From IMG/VR virus record IMGVR_UViG_3300017777_001634, positions 1 through 35,236 of that record: 35,236 nt of DNA; one strand, written 5' to 3'. Positions 27,422 through 35,229 of this stretch are shown here, piece by piece. The translations under genes were made by a program, and so were the position numbers. The DNA comes from a virus. Lineage: Duplodnaviria > Caudoviricetes. The notes under the pieces were generated by a model. The model was given only the letters and a program-made list of their open reading frames with translations. It did not search any database and was not told where the DNA came from. How positions within the stretch are numbered: the stretch's first letter is position 1; each line of letters opens with the position of its first letter.

Positions 27422-27450
27422 ATTTTACTACACGGAAGCTTTTTCGTCGA
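27422..27450 (-). promoter_or_regulatory. Candidate sigma-70 promoter
   Basis: Minus strand TCGACG-N17-TAAAAT in the gap between the 875-aa and 445-aa genes. Confidence 0.45.
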
Positions 27451-27451
27451 G

Positions 27452-30079
27452 TTATTTTCTACGGATAACGTCCATAGCTCTATCTACAATTCCACCATCT
27501 TCGTAGCCAACATGCCCACCACGCATATATGCCTTTTGCCCTTTGAGGATATGCTCACGCATCTTATCGGTGATAGGCAGGTGGAGCATGTTAGGCAAAG
27601 AGTTGGTTTGCATTGTCCCCAGCTTCACATCCTTATCATAACCTTTGGCCAATTTTTGCAACTGTGTCGGCACGATCTTGTCGTAGTAACCCTTCATGCC
27701 TCCGCCACCAACAACTAGATCATTTGTTTTTAAAGAATGGACTCCAAGATTATTTGGCTCTGTTGCAAGCAATTTTTTCGCAACTTCTTTACCAACCATT
27801 TCTGGTAATTTAGATGGGTCTGTTTTTTGATTGATTGCTGGCTTTCCATTCAAATCAAGAGCCTGCAAATACCCAGTGTATGGGTTATATGCAATTTCTG
27901 AAACGGATTTACTCAAATTATACCGCTTGGCCTGTTCTTCGCCAGAAGTAAACACCACACCTTCATAACCGCCTTCTGCGGCTTCCTTCATAACACGCTT
28001 CAGCGCAAGGTCGGTCCAACCCTGTGTGCTAGTGACGTAAGGAGCTTTAACTGGCCCTTCGGCTTCCCCCCAATCCAAAAATCGGTTGTCAGGGTGGTTT
28101 AATACAAACTTTTTAGCTTCTTCGGGCGTCTTAAAGCTATCAAGAACTTTTCCCGTTTTGGCGTCAAATGCTTGGTATGGTTTTTTAAGGTCATAAAATC
28201 CTTTTTCGCGTCCTTCCTGCCCCCAATCGGATTGCAGCTCTTCAACATGCAAAAGTTTCTGGCCGTTCGGACTAGTACGATCAGACATGCGAATATGAGC
28301 TAGCACGTTGGGGTCGTCCCAATGGTTGGATAGATACAAGCCTCTATCTGGTGATGACAAATACTGTTTGCGTTGCTCATCAGTCATGCGATCCCAAACT
28401 TCTGGGTCAACGTATGATTTTGCGCGGTTTAACTTTTCTTCAGGACTTTCCGCATATTTTAGCAACACTTCACGATAGTTTTCACCGCCAGGAATGGTTC
28501 GGTCACTGTATCTAGTTAGCGACCAACTTTCTCTTGACCGAACATAACGGTCTAATATTTCTGGATTTCCACCAATTAAATAGTTTGCGCGTTCTTCGTC
28601 ATTTGCAAAATCATAAAAACTTGGACGATTATGGAACCCTTCAAAAGAATTTTCAAAAAGATTTTTATCTCCAGCAATTTTTGATGCTGCTTCAGCCATT
28701 TGATCGAAAAAAATATCAATATTTTGTTCGCCTGTAAGTATTTTCTCTTCAACCTGCGGCATGCGCTCTCTAAAGTGCTGGGCAAGCTCTTCCTTGGTCA
28801 CAGATGGGCGACCTGCGAACTTCTCTTCAAACCCTTCTAGCTCGACAGGTTTAACGCCATACTTGTCAAATAACATTGCGCGCATTTGCTCAGGTGTGCC
28901 TTTGGCCTGTGGCAAACCCTCAGCCATCTCTGCTGCGTGGCTATATAGACCAACAGGCGACAAGCTACGGGTTGCAGCCTCGACAGGTTTAGGCGCAGCA
29001 ACGTCCCTTGCTATTGCTCTGGGGGCAGCAAGAACGTCTTTAGCGGCCCCTACAGCGGCTTTTTCACCCGCGCCGACAAATGGGAGTGCACTCAGAGCGG
29101 CCATTGACCCCTCTAGAGCGGCCTCGCCATAGTCACCACGACCAGCGGCAGACCCTGCGCGGTACGCGGGGCTAAATCCAAGTATTTCGGCGGGTAAAGC
29201 TGCCGCTTCTTGCAGTTTACGAGTACCCTCGTTGCTCATACCGAGCTTGTCCGCTAGCTGTGCGGACCATTTGTCGGTGTAGTCCCTTGGCCCTTGAGGA
29301 TCCGATGGGCGAATCGTATCAATAGCAGAGGGCGAAGGAAGGGTCATACCCCTGCTTTCGGGCTTTTCTTCGGGCCTATTGGCACCGTTTAATCTACTAA
29401 GAACGTAGTTGTAGTCGTCGTCGGGCGCAGGCTGGGGTTCTTCTCGGTTAGAGACATACACGTCTCCCATTGGAGACACCGCTCCCTCATTAGCATACCC
29501 ACGACGCACCGAGCCGCCCTTGCTAAGCGGTTGAACAGGTGGAACCATATACGACGATGGTATAACAGCGGGTACTGCAGGGGTGAAAGTAGCCCCAGAA
29601 CCCACTGGCAGATAGCTCATGTCGGGTTTTACGAAGTTAAAGTTGAGCAGAGGCATTTTTTCTTCAACTTCTTTTTCCTCGACTGGTTTTTCTTCGGCAA
29701 TTGGTTCTGAAACAGCACCATCGTTTCCACCACCACTGCCACCGCCAGGTTCGGTTCCGCCACCCATATCAACGCTATTACTATCGTAAGATGGGTCACC
29801 AACGCTGCTCCCTTGATAGTCGCCAGTATCACCACCATTACTATCGTAAGATGGGTCACCAACGCTGCTCCCTTGATAGTCGCCAGTATCACCACCCTCT
29901 TCAAAATGCTTGCGCACTTCTCCACCAGCCTTCTTGGCCTCAGCGTCGCCTTTTTGCCATTTTAAGTGCTTCTCTAGCTCGTCGGCGACGTATTTAGAGT
30001 CATCAAAAATATCCCCGCCTTCGGCGCGACCCTTGCGATTAAGAACGTCCTTCGCGATCTTCAAATGGTAGCTGGTCAT
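27452..30079 (-). CDS. Large multi-segment (polyvalent-like) protein; C-terminal conserved domain with the HVEELQSDW motif
   Basis: Low-complexity N-terminal segments separated by xxxGG motifs. Globular part GLYSHA...GVKPVEL...PGGENYREVLL...HW..PNVLAHIR...HVEELQSDW...APY...KRVMKEAAEGGY...GMKGYYD. ATGA-coupled to the portal. Confidence 0.7.
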   Translation of the reverse strand: MTSYHLKIAKDVLNRKGRAEGGDIFDDSKYVADELEKHLKWQKGDAEAKKAGGEVRKHFEEGGDTGDYQGSSVGDPSYDSNGGDTGDYQGSSVGDPSYDSNSVDMGGGTEPGGGSGGGNDGAVSEPIAEEKPVEEKEVEEKMPLLNFNFVKPDMSYLPVGSGATFTPAVPAVIPSSYMVPPVQPLSKGGSVRRGYANEGAVSPMGDVYVSNREEPQPAPDDDYNYVLSRLNGANRPEEKPESRGMTLPSPSAIDTIRPSDPQGPRDYTDKWSAQLADKLGMSNEGTRKLQEAAALPAEILGFSPAYRAGSAAGRGDYGEAALEGSMAALSALPFVGAGEKAAVGAAKDVLAAPRAIARDVAAPKPVEAATRSLSPVGLYSHAAEMAEGLPQAKGTPEQMRAMLFDKYGVKPVELEGFEEKFAGRPSVTKEELAQHFRERMPQVEEKILTGEQNIDIFFDQMAEAASKIAGDKNLFENSFEGFHNRPSFYDFANDEERANYLIGGNPEILDRYVRSRESWSLTRYSDRTIPGGENYREVLLKYAESPEEKLNRAKSYVDPEVWDRMTDEQRKQYLSSPDRGLYLSNHWDDPNVLAHIRMSDRTSPNGQKLLHVEELQSDWGQEGREKGFYDLKKPYQAFDAKTGKVLDSFKTPEEAKKFVLNHPDNRFLDWGEAEGPVKAPYVTSTQGWTDLALKRVMKEAAEGGYEGVVFTSGEEQAKRYNLSKSVSEIAYNPYTGYLQALDLNGKPAINQKTDPSKLPEMVGKEVAKKLLATEPNNLGVHSLKTNDLVVGGGGMKGYYDKIVPTQLQKLAKGYDKDVKLGTMQTNSLPNMLHLPITDKMREHILKGQKAYMRGGHVGYEDGGIVDRAMDVIRRK
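29777..29896. repeat. Perfect 60-bp tandem duplication (GGDTGDYQGSSVGDPSYDSN x2)
   Basis: 29777-29836 is identical to 29837-29896. Confidence 0.97.
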
Positions 30080-32406
30080 TCTATGGTACCTTGAGGGTTA
30101 GGTGCAAGGGCGGGTTCATTAGATTCTAACCGCTGAAGCATGCTAGGATCGATTATCGAATTAGCAATTGCCAGCCCTTGCGGGTTCTGCATAGCCTTTT
30201 CGGCAAATCTAACCGCCGCGAGACGTTCACGACTTTCTCTGTCGCGCTTGCGGTTGATGGCGTCGATCACAGAATCCTGCGCTTTAAGGTCCATCTCTTG
30301 CTTCTTTTGCCCGATTTCGGCGACTTTGATCTGCTCTTCGACGCTTGGCGGGGCCGACTGGCCCTCTGGACCCATCAGACCACCGCCCGAATTAACCATT
30401 GCGCGGGATTCAAGCTCCGCTGCACGTGCTTTGGCAACAATTGCGCGGGACTCGGCGTCCTGCTTCTTGATCTTGATCTCTTCGATGCCCTTCATGATCT
30501 CTGGTGGTGGGCCTTTCGACCCGTCCTGAGGTGCCATAAACTGCTCTGGATTATCCCAGCCAGATGCCTTGAGGGCCGCAGTATCCACCGCAACTGGGTC
30601 GTAGAGGCTAGGATTGGCCGCTTGCAACTGCTTCAGTGCCATCACCTTCATCAGACGATGCACGTGCGAAGATGTGTTGGGGTCTGCTTGAGGAATAAGA
30701 TCGCACATGTCGAGTGCTTTTATAAACTCTGCCTGTGACCAAGGGCGCGAAGGACGATCGTTAAACTGCCAGAAGGACTCAGGATTGTCCCTAAAGCACT
30801 GTGCAAGTAACTGGAATTCCAATGACTGGGCCGAGTGCATGCGCTTGTGCACCGAACTAAGCACTTTGGTAGCTTGCTCGATCAGTGCGATGGTTGTGCC
30901 AACGGGTGCTTCTTGCTTTCCCTCGCCCACGGGCATTTCGGCGGTCCCACCAAGACGCTGGCCATACTGCGACATGTTCTCGGACAGGTTCATAAGGGCC
31001 TGAGAAGGCTCTTTGTATGGCAGAGGCATTACCGCTTGGCTGATCGGCATGCCACCCGTCTTAATTAAAGCTCCACCTCCTGGTGGAACACGAAAAATGT
31101 TACTATTCTGACGACCACCAGCATCGGCGTACAGGAATCCTGGGAATGACGCGTACATCCCTGCATCAAGCAATTCGCGCCACGCAGCAGTAATTGCGTT
31201 TGTCGTGTTACCCAGAATGTGCAGCAGACCGATTGGGTAGAATCCCATGCCTGGAATAAAAATGTAGCACACAAAGTTCTGGCGCGCCACTGGCATGTCC
31301 TTGGTAACTTCGTCGTAATTTCTTACTACCGAAAGGACCTGCTTAGACGTTGCATCGACCGTCACGCGATACGGAATAGACAGTCCAGTACGCTTTCCCT
31401 TATTCTTATGTTCGTAGCCCTTAATGTCTAATTCGCAGTAACACTCTAAAATCTCGCGATCGCGGTCTTCGGAGTTATCAACGCTTGAAGAGACCCCCTG
31501 CACTTGGTCTTTCTGCAATTTAATAGGGTCAAGCTGTGTTGGAGAAGGCGATCCAAGCTCCACGTCGCGGTACACGCCTAGAATCTGCATGCGCTTGACG
31601 GTATTTTGGCTCATCATAATACGATGAGTAACGCGCTTGGCACTTTTCAAGGTAGTTGCGTTGTTCGAGACGATTAGATCGTCGGATTCTACCGTCTCCG
31701 AGACGGGCCGATTGCGCATCGGACAGAAGTAAACCTTTTTAAATGATATTCCGCTAAACCCTAGCATGAACAACATGCGGTCAGTGTCGGGGTAATACTC
31801 GTCGGCGGTGACGGTCAGATAATGGTTAAAGTCCTTTTCGAAATGATCGGCAAGCTCTTGATCCTCGACTGTGGTATTTGTAGAGTCGTTGCGGATTTTC
31901 ACTGGTCCATCGGTAGGCAGCATCTCGGACCGAGCGTTGGCTTGGAACCGCAAAACGGCCTCCAAGAGCAATGGATGGCGTACCTTACTCATCCCCTCGA
32001 CGGGTGCACCGTCCACCGCACCCTGCGACTGGGGCAAGTCGATCTTCAGACCAAGTAGCTTTACACCCTGCGCGATATTCTCCATCCACTCTTTGCGGGA
32101 GTCTTCGTCGTTCTTAATGTCGCGAAGCATATTGTTAGAAATCATCGACAGTTCGTCTTTGTCGATCTTGTCCACCAGATTAGCGAACCAATTACCCGAT
32201 CCAGTATCTTCTGCTTCTTCAATCGGTCGACCGTCTAGAGAGATCGAAATCGACCCGTCAGGGTGCTCGATCTCCAAAACGTTACCCTTCATGTCCATTA
32301 CTGGCATGTCTTGGTCGTTGGTCTCTTCGATGATGGTAATGTCTGCCGCACCAAGACCTGTTTCTTGCAAAGGGCCAAGCGGTAAATTGTAAGGGACGTC
32401 GTTCAT
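30076..32406 (-). CDS. Portal protein
   Basis: 776 aa after terL; HPLLLEAVLRFQANARSE, FKKVYF, GFYPIGLLH and APVGTTIALIEQ...SSVHKRMH motifs; C-terminal coiled coil. Confidence 0.88.
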   Translation of the reverse strand: MNDVPYNLPLGPLQETGLGAADITIIEETNDQDMPVMDMKGNVLEIEHPDGSISISLDGRPIEEAEDTGSGNWFANLVDKIDKDELSMISNNMLRDIKNDEDSRKEWMENIAQGVKLLGLKIDLPQSQGAVDGAPVEGMSKVRHPLLLEAVLRFQANARSEMLPTDGPVKIRNDSTNTTVEDQELADHFEKDFNHYLTVTADEYYPDTDRMLFMLGFSGISFKKVYFCPMRNRPVSETVESDDLIVSNNATTLKSAKRVTHRIMMSQNTVKRMQILGVYRDVELGSPSPTQLDPIKLQKDQVQGVSSSVDNSEDRDREILECYCELDIKGYEHKNKGKRTGLSIPYRVTVDATSKQVLSVVRNYDEVTKDMPVARQNFVCYIFIPGMGFYPIGLLHILGNTTNAITAAWRELLDAGMYASFPGFLYADAGGRQNSNIFRVPPGGGALIKTGGMPISQAVMPLPYKEPSQALMNLSENMSQYGQRLGGTAEMPVGEGKQEAPVGTTIALIEQATKVLSSVHKRMHSAQSLEFQLLAQCFRDNPESFWQFNDRPSRPWSQAEFIKALDMCDLIPQADPNTSSHVHRLMKVMALKQLQAANPSLYDPVAVDTAALKASGWDNPEQFMAPQDGSKGPPPEIMKGIEEIKIKKQDAESRAIVAKARAAELESRAMVNSGGGLMGPEGQSAPPSVEEQIKVAEIGQKKQEMDLKAQDSVIDAINRKRDRESRERLAAVRFAEKAMQNPQGLAIANSIIDPSMLQRLESNEPALAPNPQGTIE

Positions 32407-32444
32407 GAGAGAAAATCTCCGTTTGGCCTAAGTGAACCACATTT

Positions 32445-34187
32445 TTAGACGGGATACAAGGGTAGCAACTCGCCGCCTTTGTAGTCGGACATCCTGTCCT
32501 TAAGGTCTCGTGTAACTTCTTCGCCGCGCTGTACGATGTTCGTCATGCGTAGATACCGCAAAGCTTGGGTTACGGTGTCCACTATATCATCGTGCTTGCC
32601 CTTTGGGAATTGGGCGCATTGCGTCATCACCATATCGGCCCACGAGCGATCGGGCGCGTAGATCATCTTTTCGCTGAATAAGTGTTGCACCGAATAGGCT
32701 CTAGCTACCTTGTCCTGCGATTTCGGGTCGATCAACTGGACCGCGAAATCGGTCCCTACGTACATACGGCGAATTTCTTGCGCTACCGAAATACCCGATG
32801 CTTTGGACTCGATGAGCAGACGATCTACCTTCATCTTTCCGCAGGTCTCTGCCACTTTTTCGATCAGCTCGTGCAATTCATATCGACCCTGCCACGCATG
32901 CATGAGCATTACGCGCTGGGACGTCTCCTGCGACAGAAGGTCCTCATTGATATCGTAGAACTTGTCGTGGAATACCACACGATTTGTCCTGTTGATGCGG
33001 TGAGAAAAAACGCCCCACACCGTCATGGCCGAAGGATCGTTCTCTTCTCTGGTAGTGTATGCTGTGTCGATCGATGCGATAACGTAATCAAATGCGGGGA
33101 ACTTTTCTGGCTCCCAGAGCTGCCACCAATCACGCTTGAATATACCACCACCCTTAGGCTCTGGCCTCTGCTGAAGCTGACCCGCCGACTGGTAGGGTCC
33201 TAGACTACTTTCGAGATTGTCGATTTCCTCTGGACCAAAACGCTCTGGACAGAGCAAGACACCTTCGCGCTCTTCGTCCAGTATTTTCTGCGCTTCTAAA
33301 CTTACCGCAATACGATCACCAGATGACTCGTCTACTGTTACAAGGGCGTTGCCGTCATCGTCGAGACCTCTTGGGTCATCCCATCCGATCTTGGTGTACG
33401 AATGACGGGACCACTCATACTTCATGGGCAAGCACAGGTGAGTCCAGTTGCGCGAGTTTCTAGATAGAATATGTCCCGTTAAGTCGTCTTCGTGCAGACG
33501 CTGCATAATTACGATGTACGCCCCTTTTTTCGGGTCATTGAGACGAGTCGAAAGAGAATTATCCCACCAATCCAGAGTATTTTGGCGAACAAGGTCTGAA
33601 TCCATTTCAATAGCATTGTGAGGATCGTCTACCACGATGATGGAACCGCCTTCACCTGTCAGCGCACCGCCAACCGACGTTGCCAGCCTGTACCCACCAC
33701 TAACGTTATCGAATCGAATCTTTGTCGCTTGGTCAGAAGTAAGCTGTACCCTGTCGCCCCAACGACTTTTGTACCACGGGGAGTCAACCAGACGGCGACA
33801 CTTGGTGGAGTCGCGAATAGAAAGGCTTTGCGCGTACGACGCAAAAAGGAACTGCACACCCGCACCAGAAGTGTGACTCTTTACTGGCTGAGTCCAAGTC
33901 CACGCTGGAAAGGCCACCGATACGATCGATGACTTTGATGTACGGGGAGGAACGTTGATCACCAAGCGACGAATGTCACCATCTGCCACGGCCTGTAGAT
34001 GCTCGGCAATTGCTTCGATGTGCCAGCCGTGAACATACGGATTAGGATCGATGTACTTCCAACCGCCCTGCACAAAATCGCAGAGCGACTCTTCGCAGTC
34101 TGCCTTGTCTATCGATAACAAGGTCCCTTCAAGGTCGATATTGTCGTCAAATGACGGTATCTGATATGAATTACTGGTCATGCTCAA
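32445..34187 (-). CDS. terL: Terminase large subunit
   Basis: RLVINVPPRTSKS (Walker A), IIVVDDPH (Walker B), VIMQRLHEDD, nuclease motifs IASIDTA and FPKGKHDDIVD. Confidence 0.95.
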   Translation of the reverse strand: MSMTSNSYQIPSFDDNIDLEGTLLSIDKADCEESLCDFVQGGWKYIDPNPYVHGWHIEAIAEHLQAVADGDIRRLVINVPPRTSKSSIVSVAFPAWTWTQPVKSHTSGAGVQFLFASYAQSLSIRDSTKCRRLVDSPWYKSRWGDRVQLTSDQATKIRFDNVSGGYRLATSVGGALTGEGGSIIVVDDPHNAIEMDSDLVRQNTLDWWDNSLSTRLNDPKKGAYIVIMQRLHEDDLTGHILSRNSRNWTHLCLPMKYEWSRHSYTKIGWDDPRGLDDDGNALVTVDESSGDRIAVSLEAQKILDEEREGVLLCPERFGPEEIDNLESSLGPYQSAGQLQQRPEPKGGGIFKRDWWQLWEPEKFPAFDYVIASIDTAYTTREENDPSAMTVWGVFSHRINRTNRVVFHDKFYDINEDLLSQETSQRVMLMHAWQGRYELHELIEKVAETCGKMKVDRLLIESKASGISVAQEIRRMYVGTDFAVQLIDPKSQDKVARAYSVQHLFSEKMIYAPDRSWADMVMTQCAQFPKGKHDDIVDTVTQALRYLRMTNIVQRGEEVTRDLKDRMSDYKGGELLPLYPV

Positions 34188-34809
34188 TAGCCATTGTGTG
34201 TTCTATGACACGTTCGCGTTTACGCTCTGCCGCTGCCAATAGCAACCGTTTAAGAATGTCGCGCTCTTCACGGTCAAGAAGCTCTACCTGAACCGTTCCT
34301 TGAGTCTGGATAGTACCAGTAACTTCAACCCGCTCACGGAACATGCCCAGATGCTTGCCAATATCAAGCAGTGCTGCGCGTTTGTCATGCAGCTTGAACC
34401 GCACACGCTTCACTTGCCGTGCATCGTCGCCTTTGCCTTCCGTGTACTCGTCGACTACGATTTCCGAGATAGCCGCCGCCTTGTCGCGATCAAGGTCCGA
34501 AAGGTCTACATAAGCTGTGCCGTCTGGCTGAGTCTTCATGTAATCCATCATATTGGCGAAACCGATCTTCGCTAGCTCCTCTAGCACCCGCTGAATGGTA
34601 ATATTGGTCTTAGAAGCCGCCTGATCGCGCAGTTCTTGAATGCGGTCTTTAATAGCTGGCCGACGAGCCATATTGTTCGCGTATACTTCGGTGGTCAATG
34701 CGTTGGAGTTAGGAAGATAACCAAGCTTAGGAAGGGCGTCTTTAGCACTCATTCCCTCGGCAATGTAACGAGCGAACTGTTCATGCTTCGTATTTTTTAG
34801 AATAGGCAT
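34171..34809 (-). CDS. terS: Terminase small subunit
   Basis: KHEQFARY HTH start, ITIQRVLEELAKIGF, KLHDKRAALLDIGKHLGMF; directly upstream of terL. Confidence 0.92.
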   Translation of the reverse strand: MPILKNTKHEQFARYIAEGMSAKDALPKLGYLPNSNALTTEVYANNMARRPAIKDRIQELRDQAASKTNITIQRVLEELAKIGFANMMDYMKTQPDGTAYVDLSDLDRDKAAAISEIVVDEYTEGKGDDARQVKRVRFKLHDKRAALLDIGKHLGMFRERVEVTGTIQTQGTVQVELLDREERDILKRLLLAAAERKRERVIEHTMAIEHDQ

Positions 34810-34838
34810 CTGGTGTTTCCCTCTGATGGAAGCAACGC

Positions 34839-34867
34839 ATCATAACACACGAAGTTGCCGCCGTAAA
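34839..34867 (-). promoter_or_regulatory. Candidate sigma-70 promoter of the morphogenesis operon
   Basis: Minus strand TTTACG-N17-TATGAT with extended -10 (GTGTG-T-TATGAT), about 30 nt upstream of the terS ATG. Confidence 0.55.
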
Positions 34868-34890
34868 TACGCATACCACGAATACCCCCC

Positions 34891-34960
34891 CTATATATGC
34901 TTTTTGGAATATACTATATATGCTTTTTGGAATATACTATATATGCTTTTTTCGGAAATA
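34891..34960. repeat. AT-rich tandem repeat, 23-bp unit CTATATATGCTTTTTGGAATATA, 2 perfect and 1 degenerate copy
   Basis: Units at 34891-34913, 34914-34936 and 34937-34960. Confidence 0.92.
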
Positions 34961-35019
34961 CCCTATATACTTATGTCGCGACCATGGGTCCCCAGAAAAT
35001 ATTGGCATTTCGTCGGAAA

Positions 35020-35042
35020 GGGGTGTTGGGGAGGGGTTCGGG
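35020..35042 (+). other. G-quadruplex-compatible motif
   Basis: GGGG-TGTT-GGGG-A-GGGG-TTC-GGG. Confidence 0.45.
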
Positions 35043-35058
35043 CATGATCGCCGAATGC

Positions 35059-35074
35059 TGTTTCACGTGAAACA
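35059..35074. promoter_or_regulatory. parS: parS site (ParB-binding palindrome)
   Basis: TGTTTCACGTGAAACA, a perfect match to the bacterial chromosomal parS consensus. Confidence 0.88.
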
Positions 35075-35082
35075 CGCGTCGA

Positions 35083-35161
35083 ATTGGCACGAATCTTGCG
35101 TGTTCAAGCGATTGGCACGAATCTTGCGTGTTCAAGCGATTGGCACGAATCTTGCGTGTTC
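35083..35161 (+). repeat. Tandem 28-bp repeat (2 full, 1 partial), each with a sigma-54 -24/-12 element
   Basis: Unit ATTGGCACGAATCTTGCGTGTTCAAGCG; TGGCAC-N5-TTGC cores at 35085-35099, 35113-35127 and 35141-35155. Confidence 0.85.
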
Positions 35162-35171
35162 TGGAACATCG

Positions 35172-35187
35172 TGTTTCACGTGAAACA
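35172..35187. promoter_or_regulatory. parS: parS site
   Basis: TGTTTCACGTGAAACA; the palindrome extends to 20 bp (35170-35189). Confidence 0.88.
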
Positions 35188-35213
35188 CGCGGCAAGCGGC
35201 ATTCAGCGAATGC

Positions 35214-35229
35214 TGTTTCACGTGAAACG
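35214..35229. promoter_or_regulatory. parS: parS site (15/16 match)
   Basis: TGTTTCACGTGAAACG; part of a 22-bp direct repeat (35207-35228 = 35052-35073). Confidence 0.8.

Noticed and set aside
33230-33410. Intein or intron in terL
   Set aside because: The extra segment is short and acidic, with no C/S...HN splice motifs or homing endonuclease, and the frame is continuous.
293-34575. The many + strand ORFs and nested alternative-frame minus-strand ORFs in the track
   Set aside because: They lie antisense to or inside well-supported, tightly coupled minus-strand genes and show no recognisable motifs; treated as shadow ORFs.
35100-35168. LexA (SOS) boxes from repeated GTTC/GAAC
   Set aside because: The spacing fits neither GTTC-N7-GTTC nor GAAC-N4-GTTC.
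34826-35195. ORFs 34826..35047, 34920..35183 and 34971..35195
   Set aside because: They are translations of DNA repeats and motif arrays with no RBS or protein-like features; the region is better explained as non-coding.
35052-35229. CRISPR array or mini-array in the right-end repeats
   Set aside because: The 28-bp units have no unique spacers, the palindromes are irregularly spaced and match parS, and no cas genes are present.
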